Below, piece after piece: positions 47,012-57,372 of a stretch of DNA of 64,000 bases. Position 1 is the stretch's first letter, and each line of letters opens with the position of its first letter. The stretch is taken from the NCBI GenBank assembly GCA_959600905.1, contig CAUGNO010000003.1, positions 113,136 through 177,135 of the forward strand. The letters run 5' to 3'. Both the position numbers and the translations under genes were made by a program. Source of the stretch: an uncultured Eubacteriales bacterium (lineage in GTDB: Bacteria; Bacillota; Clostridia; Christensenellales; QAND01). The notes below the pieces were generated by a model. It ran no database searches, was not told where the DNA came from, and saw only the letters and a program-made list of their open reading frames with translations.

Positions 47012-47755
47012 ATGCTGCGTGATTGGGCTGCAGAAAAACAAGCTCGTGTTTCCTTTATACAATCCGTCCTGAAATCTTCCGGCGCCAAAGGCGTTGTCTT
47101 TGGCAACAGCGGCGGCAAGGACTGCTGTTTGGTAGGCATTCTGTGCCGCCTGGCTACGCCGCAGGTTACAGGTGTTATCATGCCGTGCTCTTCTAGCCGC
47201 AACTTTGGCATAGACCGCGACCATGCACTGTTGATGAGCAAGCAGTTTGGCATAGAGGCTGTTCAGGTGGATCTTACGGATATCAAGGCCGCATTTGTCA
47301 GCGCCATAGAGCCATTGTCGCCTCTCTCCGGTGCATCCGGGATGAATATCAACCCACGTCTGCGTATGACAACGCTGTATGCGCTGGCGCAAAGCAAGGG
47401 CTGCCTTGTGGCAGGCACTGGCAACCGCAGTGAGCGGTATATGGGATATTTCACCAAGTGGGGCGATGGTGCGTTTGATTTTAACCCCATTGCAGATCTA
47501 ACCGCCACAGAAATCTTCGATTTTCTGCGCTATTTAGGAGCCCCTACCGAGATCATTGAAAAGGCGCCCTCCGCAGGGTTGTTTGAGGGGCAGACGGATG
47601 AAAAGGAAATGGGCGTTACCTATGCCGCCATCGATGAATATATTCTGCATGGGACTGGCCGGCCGGAGGATATTGCTATCATCCAGCGGGCACACAACGC
47701 CACGCAGCATAAGCGAAACGGCGCTTTGGTTTATAAAATGATGGAGGAGGGGTAA
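47012..47755 (+). CDS. nadE: NH3-dependent NAD+ synthetase
   Basis: PP-loop VFGNSGGKDC, 247 aa. RBS AAAGGAG. Confidence 0.8.
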   Translation: MLRDWAAEKQARVSFIQSVLKSSGAKGVVFGNSGGKDCCLVGILCRLATPQVTGVIMPCSSSRNFGIDRDHALLMSKQFGIEAVQVDLTDIKAAFVSAIEPLSPLSGASGMNINPRLRMTTLYALAQSKGCLVAGTGNRSERYMGYFTKWGDGAFDFNPIADLTATEIFDFLRYLGAPTEIIEKAPSAGLFEGQTDEKEMGVTYAAIDEYILHGTGRPEDIAIIQRAHNATQHKRNGALVYKMMEEG

Positions 47756-47840
47756 CCCTCCTTTTTCTATGCACATTGACAATCATTTTTTTACCATGAT
47801 ACAATAGCCGAAAAACCAAAAAAAGAGAGATGGTCAAGCG

Positions 47841-48773
47841 ATGCCCATTCGTATTCCCAATGCTTTGCCGTCTGCCGCGATCCTATCCAATGAAAATATC
47901 TTCGTGATGACAGAGGATCGCGCCACGACACAGGATATTCGTCCGTTGAAAATCGCAATCTTCAACGTGATGCCGACGAAGATCACCACAGAGACCCAGC
48001 TGCTTCGGCTGTTGAGCAATACGCCGCTTCAGGTAGATATTACGTTGGTACACCCACAGTCCTATCTTTCCACCCATACACCATTAGAGCACCTGAAAAC
48101 ATTCTACAAAACATTTGAACAAATTCAGTCGGAAAAGTTCGACGGTATGATCTTTACAGGCGCACCGGTGGAAAAGCTGGATTATCATCAGGTTGCCTAC
48201 TGGGATGAATTGATGATGCTCATGGATTGGTCGTTGGAAAATGTCTTTTCCTCCATCCATATCTGCTGGGGCGCCCAGGCAGCGCTGTATCATCATTACG
48301 GCGTACCGAAGTACGAGCTGCCGGAAAAGCTGTTCGGTGTATTCTCACACCATATTTTGACAGAGCATAATCCGCTGCTGCGCGGGTTCGATGATGTCTT
48401 TTACATGCCCCATTCGCGCCATACCGAGGTGCGCAAAGAGGATATCGAAACGGTGCGCGGCCTGGAGGTCGTATGTGAATCCGAAGAGGCGGGCGTAGGC
48501 CTAGCCATGACGCCGGACGGACGGCAGATCTTTATCACCGGCCACGGAGAATACGACCGGGATACGCTGCTATATGAATACCAACGTGATGTGCAGCGCG
48601 GCGCGGCAATCAAGATTCCTAAGCATTATTTCCAAAATGACGATCCTTCCCTACCTCCCATTGTGCAGTGGCGGGCGCATGCCAACTTGTTCTATTTCAA
48701 TTGGCTGAACTTTGTCTATCAAGAAACACCGTATAACATCGATGCCATCACGAAAATTCAAATAGAAAAATAA
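47841..48773 (+). CDS. metA: homoserine O-acyltransferase (MetA family)
   Basis: [10 protein letters not shown]..., [13 protein letters not shown]..., catalytic triad region [17 protein letters not shown]18-TACAAT promoter about 50 nt upstream; no riboswitch-length leader. Confidence 0.85.
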   Translation: MPIRIPNALPSAAILSNENIFVMTEDRATTQDIRPLKIAIFNVMPTKITTETQLLRLLSNTPLQVDITLVHPQSYLSTHTPLEHLKTFYKTFEQIQSEKFDGMIFTGAPVEKLDYHQVAYWDELMMLMDWSLENVFSSIHICWGAQAALYHHYGVPKYELPEKLFGVFSHHILTEHNPLLRGFDDVFYMPHSRHTEVRKEDIETVRGLEVVCESEEAGVGLAMTPDGRQIFITGHGEYDRDTLLYEYQRDVQRGAAIKIPKHYFQNDDPSLPPIVQWRAHANLFYFNWLNFVYQETPYNIDAITKIQIEK

Positions 48774-48800
48774 AAAAAGAGCCGATGGCTCTTTTTTTAT
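48772..48800. terminator. bidirectional terminator shared by the convergent metA and ribU-like genes, overlapping both stop codons
   Basis: aaaaaaagagccgatggctcttttttt. Confidence 0.8.
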
Positions 48801-49441
48801 TTGTTGTGCAGCGGGAGATACCGCACCTTGGAAAATCGTTTGTATAACAGAAAGGTAATCAATGAATTGACCCCGCTTTTGATTAGGTTAAACGGCAGAA
48901 TGATCGGGAAGATCATCGGGGCCACAGCCGCACGCGGCATCCCCATAAAAATCGGCGTTACAAAATAATTCCATACCATCATCGACACCGTCATCACCAA
49001 ACAACCCAATACCAGCGCTACCACAGCTTGCTTTTTGGTTTTATGGAATTTATACCAGTTGCCCGCTACCAAAACGAACGATCCCGTTGCAAAAATATGC
49101 ATCAAGATACCGATAAAGCCGCTGCCAGCGCTTACCGTCATGCCCTGAATGATGGAAGCCACCACTGTCAGTGCAAAACCTGCCAGGGGACCATAGGCAA
49201 AGGTGCCCAGAAAAATGGGGATATCTGCCGGATCGTATTCCAAAAATGCCGCGCTTGGAAAGATGGGAAATCGAATGAGCATCAGCATGACGATGGAGAG
49301 TGCAACCAACACTGCCATCATAACGAGCCGCTGGGTGTTTTGCTGGCGGTTTTTGTTCTTCTTGTTTAGGTCAACGACGAACAAGACGACCAAAAACAAC
49401 GCCAACACTGACCAAAGGATGATCTTTGTAGATGTGTTCAT
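48797..49441 (-). CDS. ribU: ECF transporter S component, probable riboflavin transporter RibU
   Basis: About 214 aa, 5-6 TM helices. Sits directly downstream of an FMN riboswitch. Start at the ATG 49441 (MNTSTKIILW) after an aaaaggagaag RBS. Confidence 0.6.
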   Translation of the reverse strand: MNTSTKIILWSVLALFLVVLFVVDLNKKNKNRQQNTQRLVMMAVLVALSIVMLMLIRFPIFPSAAFLEYDPADIPIFLGTFAYGPLAGFALTVVASIIQGMTVSAGSGFIGILMHIFATGSFVLVAGNWYKFHKTKKQAVVALVLGCLVMTVSMMVWNYFVTPIFMGMPRAAVAPMIFPIILPFNLIKSGVNSLITFLLYKRFSKVRYLPLHNK

Positions 49442-49454
49442 GTTTTCTCTTCTC

Positions 49455-49670
49455 CTTTTTTGTCTGCCCGATGGAGAAAATGAAAAACCCTTTATCCAAT
49501 ATGAATAAAGGGCGCACAGAAAACAGTCCTCTGTGTTGTTTCTTTCATCCGGACTATACCGTCGGTACTGGATTCTAACCAGCTCTGCCAAAGCTCGTGG
49601 ACTTGCCGCCTATCAGCGTTTCACCACCGGTGAGGAATTGCACCTCGCCCCGAAACAGACAATCTATTTT
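49455..49670 (-). ncRNA. FMN riboswitch (RFN element) with terminator-type expression platform
   Basis: Minus-strand sequence CGGGGCGAGGUGCAAUUCCUCACCGGUGGUGAAACGCUGAUAGGCGGCAAGUCCACGAGC...CCAGUACCGACGGUAUAGUCCGGAUGAAAGA matches the conserved FMN-aptamer cores (GGGGCAGGGUGAAAUUCCC-ACCGGCGGU ... CCGACAGUAUAGUCUGGAUGGGAGA). Followed by hairpin cacagaggactgttttctgtg and a U-rich tract. Confidence 0.75.
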
Positions 49671-49701
49671 TTTCAATTATAGTGCGGGCGGTTGCTATCT
49701 G

Positions 49702-50190
49702 TCAATCCCCGTCCTCCTGCCATCCCTTGCACACATCAACCCACGCTAAGCTGTGCGCATAGGTAGCCAACTCATCACACGTCAACTCAATGGCAGAGTT
49801 GCTGCTACCGGCTGCCGGATACACCGTTGCAAACCTTTGCAATGATACATCCAGATAGCATTCAACCCGCGAGTCCTCAATGGCAAACGGGCATACACCG
49901 CCCACGGCATGTCCGGTATATGCCAGTACTTCCTCCGGGGTCAGCATTTTGGCCTTTAAGCCAAAGCACCGTTTAAATTTTGCGTTGTCTATCTTTGCAT
50001 CTCCTGCTGCAACGACCAAAATGCCCTTTTCTTCCTTTCCCTTAAAGGACAAAGTCTTTGCAATGCGCGCAGGGATCACGTGCAGCGCCTCTGCCGCTAG
50101 CTGCACCGTAGCGCTGGAAACAGGAAATTCCAAAACGTCTTTTGCACGATCCCATTGCTGTAAGTATGTCTTTACCTTGTCTACGGACAT
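49702..50190 (-). CDS. ybaK: YbaK/EbsC-type aminoacyl-tRNA editing deacylase
   Basis: 162 aa. ...KTLSFKGKEEKGILVVAAGDAKID..., GHAVGGVCPF motif. Confidence 0.7.
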   Translation of the reverse strand: MSVDKVKTYLQQWDRAKDVLEFPVSSATVQLAAEALHVIPARIAKTLSFKGKEEKGILVVAAGDAKIDNAKFKRCFGLKAKMLTPEEVLAYTGHAVGGVCPFAIEDSRVECYLDVSLQRFATVYPAAGSSNSAIELTCDELATYAHSLAWVDVCKGWQEDGD

Positions 50191-50258
50191 GCCATTTCCT
50201 CTTTTCTCATGGTCTATTCCCTATTGTAAACAGCCATAGAGGGTTTGGCAAGCATCCA

Positions 50259-50489
50259 TTAGGATTGTCTTTCGGCCTCTTCTGCCAGCTCTTCCACCTC
50301 TTCCGAAATCGCTTCCAGCTCAGGGCCCAGATCGCAGTGGACCAGAATCAACGTCAGATTGCTAATCACGGCGCTCAAAAAGCAGCGCCATTGCTCTATC
50401 TGCGCCTCTGTCTGTCCACAGGCCAATGCGCTGGCCACAGCTGCCGCCATCATCGGTACAGTGGTCACACAATTTTCCCTTTTTTTCAT
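50259..50489 (-). CDS. hypothetical small protein (76 aa)
   Basis: ORF with an acidic C-terminus. No recognised family. Confidence 0.3.
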   Translation of the reverse strand: MKKRENCVTTVPMMAAAVASALACGQTEAQIEQWRCFLSAVISNLTLILVHCDLGPELEAISEEVEELAEEAERQS

Positions 50490-50541
50490 GCCCTACGCCC
50501 CTTTCCCTTTATTCTATGCCGTTTTCGGGGGGATGGCGAAA

Positions 50542-50773
50542 AAAAGAAGGCCTACGCCTTCTTTTTTTGTTCTTTTTCTCTCAGCAGCTCTGAAAATAAA
50601 ATCCACTGCATCACAGACTGCTTGTTCTCCGGTTCCAGCACACAAATACTCCGCCCATAAAGAAGGCCTACGCCTTCTTTTTTTGTTCTTTTTCTCTCAG
50701 CAGCTCTGAAAATAAAATCCACTGCATCACAGACTGCTTGTTCTCCGGTTCCAGCACACAAATACTCCGCCCA
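50542..50773. repeat. perfect tandem duplication, 2 x 116 bp
   Basis: Unit gaaggcctacgccttctttttttgttctttttctctcagcagctctgaaaataaaatccactgcatcacagactgcttgttctccggttccagcacacaaatactccgcccataa occurs at about 50545-50660 and again at about 50661-50776. Each copy carries the last 33 codons of the acyltransferase gene plus its terminator (gaaggc-ctac-gccttc). Confidence 0.85.
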
Positions 50774-51888
50774 TAAGGAATTTCAAGATCGATACCGCAG
50801 GCGTAGGGGATCATGGCAAGATGCTCTTTGGGAAACCAGCGTTCTCCTCTTTCGCCGTCAATTACTCCCTGGTAAAGCATCCCCTCCCAAGTAAAGCGTG
50901 CTTCTCCGCAGCCTTTTCTATCAAACCCGCTACTTTTTTGCCTTGGATCCTTTAAGACGACCTGCTCTGCCAAGGCAAAGCCAGGCTGCGACGCTTTTTG
51001 CCGCAGCCGATCCCGCTGCCAATCCAGCCACTCGGCTATGGTAGGAAATGCCTTATCCTTTTTGCTCACGGGATGCAGCGATAGCTGATCGTCTATGCGC
51101 ACTGCGTTGCCGCAGGCCCTGCATATCAGCTTATCCTCCTCCGAAAACGTACAAAACTCCCGGCCGCAGTTTGGGCATTGGTACAGGGCATTTTCCAAAC
51201 CCTTTGCCAGCTCTTTGCCCTTATAATGCCAGCCGTTTGTCCGGATGCTCTCTCCTTCGTCAAAGGAAAGCGCTTCTACCAGCGTATGATACAATGCCTC
51301 TCGCGGCATCTGCTTTACCTGCTCGGCTGTCAAAAGCGGCGTTGCTGTAAACTTTACAGGGCCCTTTCTCCAGACCTTGGCCCATTTTGGCTTGCAGGCT
51401 CCTGCTCCCTGCAATTTTCCAATGACAACGGGAATGCCCAAAAACTGTACCAGCTTTGCAAGAGAGGGATGTACAAACCCCAATTTTCCGTCTATGCTAA
51501 CCTGTCCTTCCGGAAATAGGTTGATAACGCCGCCCATGGCAACGACCTTTTTCATTTTCTGTATGCTGCTGACGTCTACCTGGAATTGTTGCTTGGCAAT
51601 GGCGCCCAGCCGGGGAAGGATGGTCTTGAGCGGCTGATTGTAAAAATAGTGCTGCGCTGTTACGATATTCATCTTTTGTGGATACATACCCGCCACCGTG
51701 GGCAGCCAATCCATGCCCGATGTATGGCCGCATAGCAAAAGATACGGCGGCTTTATGCCTTGAATGGCCCCCGTATCCCTGGTAAACTTATATTTTATTT
51801 TAAGGTACGGTGTAATGGCCTTGCAGCCCAACGTATATAAAAACCCATTGGGCAATTGTATACTTTTTTTGCTTTTTTTCTGTTTCAT
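50668..51888 (-). CDS. PlsC-family acyltransferase (lysophospholipid acyltransferase-like) with C-terminal Cys4 zinc-ribbon region
   Basis: HX4D motif (CGHTSGMD) and FPEG motif (NLFPEGQVS). Also CPNCGREF...CRACGN. Its 3' end lies within copy 2 of the tandem repeat. Confidence 0.6.
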   Translation of the reverse strand: MKQKKSKKSIQLPNGFLYTLGCKAITPYLKIKYKFTRDTGAIQGIKPPYLLLCGHTSGMDWLPTVAGMYPQKMNIVTAQHYFYNQPLKTILPRLGAIAKQQFQVDVSSIQKMKKVVAMGGVINLFPEGQVSIDGKLGFVHPSLAKLVQFLGIPVVIGKLQGAGACKPKWAKVWRKGPVKFTATPLLTAEQVKQMPREALYHTLVEALSFDEGESIRTNGWHYKGKELAKGLENALYQCPNCGREFCTFSEEDKLICRACGNAVRIDDQLSLHPVSKKDKAFPTIAEWLDWQRDRLRQKASQPGFALAEQVVLKDPRQKSSGFDRKGCGEARFTWEGMLYQGVIDGERGERWFPKEHLAMIPYACGIDLEIPYGRSICVLEPENKQSVMQWILFSELLREKEQKKKA

Positions 51889-52058
51889 ATTCTACAACCC
51901 TCTTTATCCCAATCCCCAAGAAGAATCGTGTTTCAGTGTATCGGCCCCGCTTCGATTTGTCAATTTACCAAACCTGCTATTTTCTCTTGACAATGCTGTA
52001 AAGCAGTCATATATTGTATATATACTTTATATACAATATATATAGTTGGAGGCTTCTT

Positions 52059-52436
52059 TTGGATATCATCATTTCAAATGCCAGCGGCAAACCGATCTAT
52101 GAGCAGATCGTTTCACAGATCAAACAGCTTATCCTTTCCAACGCCTTACAGGCAGGGGACGCCCTGCCCAGTATGCGGCTGTTGGCCAAGGATCTGCGCA
52201 TCAGCGTCATTACCACGAAACGGGCCTATGAAGAGCTTGAGCGCGAAGGCTTTATAGAAACCATCGTAGGAAAAGGCAGCTTTGTCGCCAGCAAAAACGA
52301 GGATTTTCTAAAGGAGGAGCAGCTCCGCCTCATCGAAGGCCATCTTCATAAGGCAACCACCCTGGCTCGCCAATGCGGTATTGCCGAAGAGGAGCTTGTT
52401 TCTATCATCCATCTTTTATATCAGGAGGACATTTAA
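52059..52436 (+). CDS. GntR family (YtrA-like) transcriptional regulator
   Basis: PIYEQIVSQIKQLILSNALQAGDALPSMRLLAKDLRISVITTKRAYEELEREGFI. TTG start with a GGAGG RBS 6 nt upstream. Confidence 0.75.
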   Translation: MDIIISNASGKPIYEQIVSQIKQLILSNALQAGDALPSMRLLAKDLRISVITTKRAYEELEREGFIETIVGKGSFVASKNEDFLKEEQLRLIEGHLHKATTLARQCGIAEEELVSIIHLLYQEDI

Positions 52437-52440
52437 TACC

Positions 52441-53304
52441 ATGGCAAACAGCATCATAGAGGTTTCAGGCCTTTGTAAATCATATTCTTCTTTTCAGCTC
52501 CAAGATATCTCCTTTTCTCTTGCAGAAGGCTGCATTATGGGGCTGATTGGGGAAAACGGCGCCGGCAAAACCACCACGTTGAAAGCTTTGCTGGATATTG
52601 TGCGCCCGGACGGCGGAGAGATCCGTTTATTTGGCCAACCCGTCCGTCCGGATAGTGCGCTGTTAAAAGAACAAATCGGCGTTGTCTGGGAAAACAGCTT
52701 TTTCTATGAGGGGCTTACCGCTCAGGATATACAGCGCTGCATGGCCGGCGTTTATAAACAATGGGATTCCGTATTATACCGCCGGTTGCTGGATCAATTC
52801 CAGCTACCCTTTCGCCAGCCTATGCAGAAGTTTTCACGCGGTATGCGCATGAAATTGCTCATCGCCAACGCATTGGCCCACCATCCACGGCTGCTGATTT
52901 TAGACGAAGCCACCAGCGGGCTGGATCCTGTTGTACGCAGCGAGATCCTTGATCTGTTTTTAGAGTTTATCCAGGATGAAACGCATTCTATCCTTTTTTC
53001 CTCTCACATCACCAGTGATTTGGATAAAATCGCCGATTATGTAACGCTGCTGCATCAAGGCCAAATGCTCTTTAGCAAAGAAAAGGATCGTCTGCAAGAG
53101 CAGTATGGCGTGCTGCGCTGCAGTGTTTCCGCTCTGCATGCGCTGGCGCCGCAGCAGATCGTACGGATCATCCCCCATGATTTCCACTGCGAAGCGCTGG
53201 TAACCCAAAAAGAACACATCCGCCTGACCGAGCAAATGATCCTAGAACCCGCCACCATCGAACAGATCATGCTGTTTTACATCAAAGGAGTGCCGTCGCT
53301 ATGA
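52441..53304 (+). CDS. ABC transporter ATP-binding protein
   Basis: GENGAGKTT, FSRGMRMKL, LLILDEATSGLD. Start at the ATG 52441 (MANSIIEVSG). Confidence 0.85.
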   Translation: MANSIIEVSGLCKSYSSFQLQDISFSLAEGCIMGLIGENGAGKTTTLKALLDIVRPDGGEIRLFGQPVRPDSALLKEQIGVVWENSFFYEGLTAQDIQRCMAGVYKQWDSVLYRRLLDQFQLPFRQPMQKFSRGMRMKLLIANALAHHPRLLILDEATSGLDPVVRSEILDLFLEFIQDETHSILFSSHITSDLDKIADYVTLLHQGQMLFSKEKDRLQEQYGVLRCSVSALHALAPQQIVRIIPHDFHCEALVTQKEHIRLTEQMILEPATIEQIMLFYIKGVPSL

Positions 53305-53924
53305 AGGGTTTGTTATACAAAGAGTTTCTTTCACTGAAAAAATATCTCAATGCACTTGGATTGCTGCTGGTTCTGTATTTTGGTATCAGCGTATATAGCC
53401 AAGAGGTCTCCTTTTTTGCAGGCTTCTCTGCCATGGCGGCTGTCATCGTGATTTTTAGCGCCTTTACATACGACAACTACGCAAACTGGGATCGTTATGC
53501 GCTGTCCCTCCCTCTTTCCCGCAAAAATCTGGTGCAGGGACGGTATTTGTTTGCTTTGATCACCGTGGCCGTCTGCCTTATCCTCAATTTAGTCTGCGGC
53601 GGCATCATCCTGCTTTTCAGCCAAGAGCCAATTTCCCTGCTGATATACAGTTCTTTAGCTGTTGCGGGCGTTAGCCTGCTGCTCATCTCCCTAATTATGC
53701 CCATTGCGTTTCGGTTCGGCGTGGACCGTGGTCGCATTTATGCCGTGGTCATTGCCCTATGTATCGTAGGCGCCATGGTCGCTGCGCAAAACTATCTATA
53801 TGCGTTGGATCGGCTGATCGCCATGCTGGATCGACTCCTGCCCTTGGTGCCTCTCTTGTTGGCAGCCGTCGTCTTTGTCTCATATCGGCTTTCCTGCCGC
53901 ATATGCAGCAAAAAAGAATACTGA
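53301..53924 (+). CDS. ABC-2 type transporter permease (YtrC/D-like)
   Basis: 207 aa, 6 TM. Stop-start overlap with the upstream ATPase gene. Confidence 0.6.
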   Translation: MKGLLYKEFLSLKKYLNALGLLLVLYFGISVYSQEVSFFAGFSAMAAVIVIFSAFTYDNYANWDRYALSLPLSRKNLVQGRYLFALITVAVCLILNLVCGGIILLFSQEPISLLIYSSLAVAGVSLLLISLIMPIAFRFGVDRGRIYAVVIALCIVGAMVAAQNYLYALDRLIAMLDRLLPLVPLLLAAVVFVSYRLSCRICSKKEY

Positions 53925-54064
53925 TTTTTCAAAGGGCCGGCCTATGCCGGCCTTTTTTCTCGGAAAACGATGTGATTGGGTTGCATGGCCATGGCATTGC
54001 GATTAAAATAAAGAATAATGCTTGTTTTTAGCGAACCAGCACGTTAGGCTTTCAGGAGGATCTT

Positions 54065-54337
54065 ATGATTAAAACCATTGTAACCGTTCTTGGCTTTGAT
54101 AAGCCGGGCATCATCGCAAAAGTTTCAACCCTATTGTACGAATGTGGCGTTAATATTTTGGATATCAACCAAACCATCATGCAGGAATATTTTTCCATGG
54201 TCATGCTGGTGGATGTGGCGCCTTGTACCGTATCTTTTCACGAATTGAAAGAGGCTCTCTCTAAGCTGGGAGAAGAATTGGAATTGTCCATTCTCTGTCA
54301 GCATGAAGATATCTTCAATTCCATGCACCGGGTGTGA
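54065..54337 (+). CDS. ACT domain protein (UPF0237)
   Basis: [50 protein letters not shown]. Confidence 0.8.
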   Translation: MIKTIVTVLGFDKPGIIAKVSTLLYECGVNILDINQTIMQEYFSMVMLVDVAPCTVSFHELKEALSKLGEELELSILCQHEDIFNSMHRV

Positions 54338-54348
54338 GGGAAAGCGCT

Positions 54349-55713
54349 ATGCAGAGAATCGATCAAAATGAGGTTCTGGATACCCTGCGCATGATCCGCC
54401 AGGAAAACCTGGATATCCGCACCATTACCATGGGTATTTCGTTGTTGGATTGTGGTGCCAGCAGCCTGGAAAAAACCGCGCAGAATATATATGACAAAAT
54501 CGCCCGCCGGGCCGAAAACCTCGTAAAAACCGGCGAAACCATTGAAGAGGAACTGGGGATCCCCATTGTCAACAAGCGCATCAGCGTAACGCCCATTTCC
54601 CTGATTGCGCAAAATACCGGTGCAGACAGTTATGTGGCCATTGCCAAGGCCTTAGACGACGCTGCCAAAACCGTCGGTGTGAATTTCATCGGTGGCTTTA
54701 GCGCGCTTGTGCACAAAGGCTTTACCAATGGCGACCGCACCCTGATCCAATCCATTCCGGAAGCCCTGGCGGCTACGGAGCGCGTGTGTGCCTCTGTCAA
54801 CGTCGGCTCCACAAAGGCGGGGATCAATATGGACGCTGTGCGTGAAATGGGCTTTATCATCAAAAAAACAGCTGAGCTTACCGCAGACAACGGCGGCCTG
54901 GGCGCTGCCAAGCTGGTGGTATTTGCCAATGCTGTGGAGGACAACCCGTTTATGGCCGGCGCATTTCACGGCGTCGGCGAGCCGGAATGCGTCATCAATG
55001 TCGGCGTTTCCGGCCCGGGCGTTGTCAAATCTGCCTTGGAACAGGTAAAGGGCCAGCCCTTTGATACCGTAGCAGAAACCATCAAGCGCACTGCTTTCCG
55101 CATTACCCGTGTGGGCCAGCTGGTTGCACGCCTGGCATCGCAGCGCTTAGGCGTTCCCTTCGGCATTGTGGATCTGTCGTTGGCTCCCACGCCTGCCATC
55201 GGCGACAGCGTTGCCCATATCCTAACGGAAATGGGCCTGGAAATGGCGGGTGCGCCCGGCACCACCGCGGCCCTAGCGCTGTTGAACGATGCCGTCAAAA
55301 AGGGCGGCGTTATGGCCTCCAGCCATGTCGGCGGGCTTAGCGGTGCATTCATCCCCGTCAGCGAGGACGCCGGAATGATCGAAGCGGCCCGTATTGGGGC
55401 GCTATCCTTGGAAAAGCTGGAAGCGATGACCTGTGTCTGCTCCGTTGGGTTGGATATGATCGCCGTGCCCGGCGATACTACGGCAGCCACGCTGTCTGCC
55501 ATCGTTGCAGACGAAGCGGCCATCGGTATGATCAACCAAAAGACCACAGCAGTACGCATCATCCCAGCCCCCGGTAAGCAGGTTGGGGATCGCGTAGAAT
55601 TCGGCGGCTTGCTGGGGCATGCCTATTGCATGGGCGTCAACCCGTACAACTGCCAATCCTTTGTGGATCGCGGCGGTCGTATCCCGGCCCCCATCCACAG
55701 TCTCCGCAACTAA
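54349..55713 (+). CDS. UPF0210 (PFL-like, DUF711) protein
   Basis: [35 protein letters not shown]... The conserved ACT-UPF0210 gene pair. Confidence 0.8.
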   Translation: MQRIDQNEVLDTLRMIRQENLDIRTITMGISLLDCGASSLEKTAQNIYDKIARRAENLVKTGETIEEELGIPIVNKRISVTPISLIAQNTGADSYVAIAKALDDAAKTVGVNFIGGFSALVHKGFTNGDRTLIQSIPEALAATERVCASVNVGSTKAGINMDAVREMGFIIKKTAELTADNGGLGAAKLVVFANAVEDNPFMAGAFHGVGEPECVINVGVSGPGVVKSALEQVKGQPFDTVAETIKRTAFRITRVGQLVARLASQRLGVPFGIVDLSLAPTPAIGDSVAHILTEMGLEMAGAPGTTAALALLNDAVKKGGVMASSHVGGLSGAFIPVSEDAGMIEAARIGALSLEKLEAMTCVCSVGLDMIAVPGDTTAATLSAIVADEAAIGMINQKTTAVRIIPAPGKQVGDRVEFGGLLGHAYCMGVNPYNCQSFVDRGGRIPAPIHSLRN

Positions 55714-55718
55714 CGGAT

Positions 55719-55765
55719 AAAAGCAGCAACGCCCCTGCCAAGGCAGGGGCGTTGCTTTTTATTTC
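55719..55765. terminator. bidirectional terminator (gcaacgcccctgcc-aag-gcaggggcgttgc) between the UPF0210 gene and the antiporter gene
   Basis: 14-bp perfect stem flanked by A- and T-runs; overlaps the antiporter stop codon. Confidence 0.85.
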
Positions 55766-57372
55766 GCTTCTATCTCGTCTCTCGTATACATCACAAGGGT
55801 ATCTCCCTCTAGTATCCGGCTCTCGCCGTCCGGGATCATTTCTTTCCCAGCCCTTTGGATCAATACCACCAGCGATTGTTTTTTTAAGTCGATTTCTTTC
55901 AATCTTTTCCCGATCAGCGCACTGCCCGGCTCTACGGTCTGCTCGCTCAGTGTAACGCCCTCTCGTCCGGTATACTCCTTGGCCACCAGGATCAAAGCGT
56001 CCCCTTCGTTCAGCCTTGTATCTCCTTTGGGCATGACCGCTTCCCCGCCTCGCAGCACCGCGGCAATCAGCAAGCCTGGAATGGATTCTATCTGCTGGAT
56101 CTGCCGATGCACCCAGGGATGGTCTTTTCGAAGATCCAACCGGATAAACTGCACGTCTGTTTCATCCGAATAATCATTGAAGGTTTTGAGAACATTTTCT
56201 CGCTCGTCCAGCATATCTAGCTTTCTAGCCATCATTGGCAGCAGAGTTCCTTGAAATAGGATGGACAACAGTACCACACAAAATACGATATGAAAAATGG
56301 TTTCTTTTCCATATGCCGGAGAGACCACCGCCATAATCGCAAACACAATGGAAGCCGCGCCCCGAAGCCCTGCCCAAGAAATCAGGCATTGCTGCTTGAA
56401 CGGCGCCTTAAACGGAGTCAATAGGCAAACAACCGCTGCCGGCCTTGCCACAAAGGTCAAAAACAGAGCAATGAATAACGAGGGCAGAAAGACGCTCGGC
56501 AGGCGAGAAGGGAATACCAATAGGCCTAAGAGGAAAAAGATAAGCATCTGCATCATGCCGTTGAATGCATCAAAAAAATGTACCAGGTTCTTTTTCCTTG
56601 GCAACGTTTGATTGCCTAGTAAAATCCCCGCCAGATAAGCGCTGATGTATCCGTTTCCGCCCACCAAGGAAGGAATTGCATAGGTAGCCAAGATCACCGC
56701 GATTAAAAAGATGGAGTCAAACCCCTCTGATTCAAAGTGCGCATGTCTTAGCACCCAGCCTGCCAAAGCTGCAATGGCAATGCCCGCCAGAGCGCCATAG
56801 ACGATCTGTGCAAAAACCGCGTAGATGACCTGCCCAGCAGAAATTTCTCCCTGCAGAGCAGACAGTATGACAACGGTAAGCATATATGCACAGGGATCGT
56901 TGCTGCCGCTTTCCACCTCTAAGAGAGACGCTGTGCCATACTTGAGATTTAGCCGCTGTGAACGTAACACGGAAAATACCGAGGCCGCATCCGTAGAACC
57001 CAACACCGCACCGATAAGCAGCCCTTCCAAAAGGCCTGTCCCCAATGCAAAATGACAAAAAACACCCACCAAGCCCGCCGTCATCCATACACCAAGCGTG
57101 CTGAGCAAGATCGCCTTACCCGCCACTGGCTTGGCGGCGCTCCATTTGGTACCAAATCCCCCGTAAAACATGATAAAGATCAAGGCTACGGAACAGATCT
57201 GCTCTGAAAATACAAAATCCCCAAACTCTATTTTAAACAATCCATCTGAGCCAAAAAGCATCCCCAGCGCAATGAAGAAAAACAGTGTGGGTACGCCTAG
57301 ACGGCTGGAAATTTTATTTCCAATGATGCACGCAATCAAAACAACCGAACCCAATAAGATCCAACCGCTCAT
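55759..57372 (-). CDS. K+/H+ (cation/proton) antiporter, NhaP2/CvrA type, with C-terminal TrkA_C (RCK_C) domains
   Basis: CPA1 membrane domain followed by two RCK_C-like segments (...ILVAKEYTGREG..., ...LVMYTRDEIEA). Start at the ATG 57372 with an AAGGAAGGAGGG RBS. Confidence 0.75.
   Translation of the reverse strand: MSGWILLGSVVLIACIIGNKISSRLGVPTLFFFIALGMLFGSDGLFKIEFGDFVFSEQICSVALIFIMFYGGFGTKWSAAKPVAGKAILLSTLGVWMTAGLVGVFCHFALGTGLLEGLLIGAVLGSTDAASVFSVLRSQRLNLKYGTASLLEVESGSNDPCAYMLTVVILSALQGEISAGQVIYAVFAQIVYGALAGIAIAALAGWVLRHAHFESEGFDSIFLIAVILATYAIPSLVGGNGYISAYLAGILLGNQTLPRKKNLVHFFDAFNGMMQMLIFFLLGLLVFPSRLPSVFLPSLFIALFLTFVARPAAVVCLLTPFKAPFKQQCLISWAGLRGAASIVFAIMAVVSPAYGKETIFHIVFCVVLLSILFQGTLLPMMARKLDMLDERENVLKTFNDYSDETDVQFIRLDLRKDHPWVHRQIQQIESIPGLLIAAVLRGGEAVMPKGDTRLNEGDALILVAKEYTGREGVTLSEQTVEPGSALIGKRLKEIDLKKQSLVVLIQRAGKEMIPDGESRILEGDTLVMYTRDEIEAK

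Noticed and set aside
54966-55562. 198-aa minus-strand ORF inside the UPF0210 gene
   Set aside because: Antisense to a conserved gene with an Ala/Ser-rich artefact composition.
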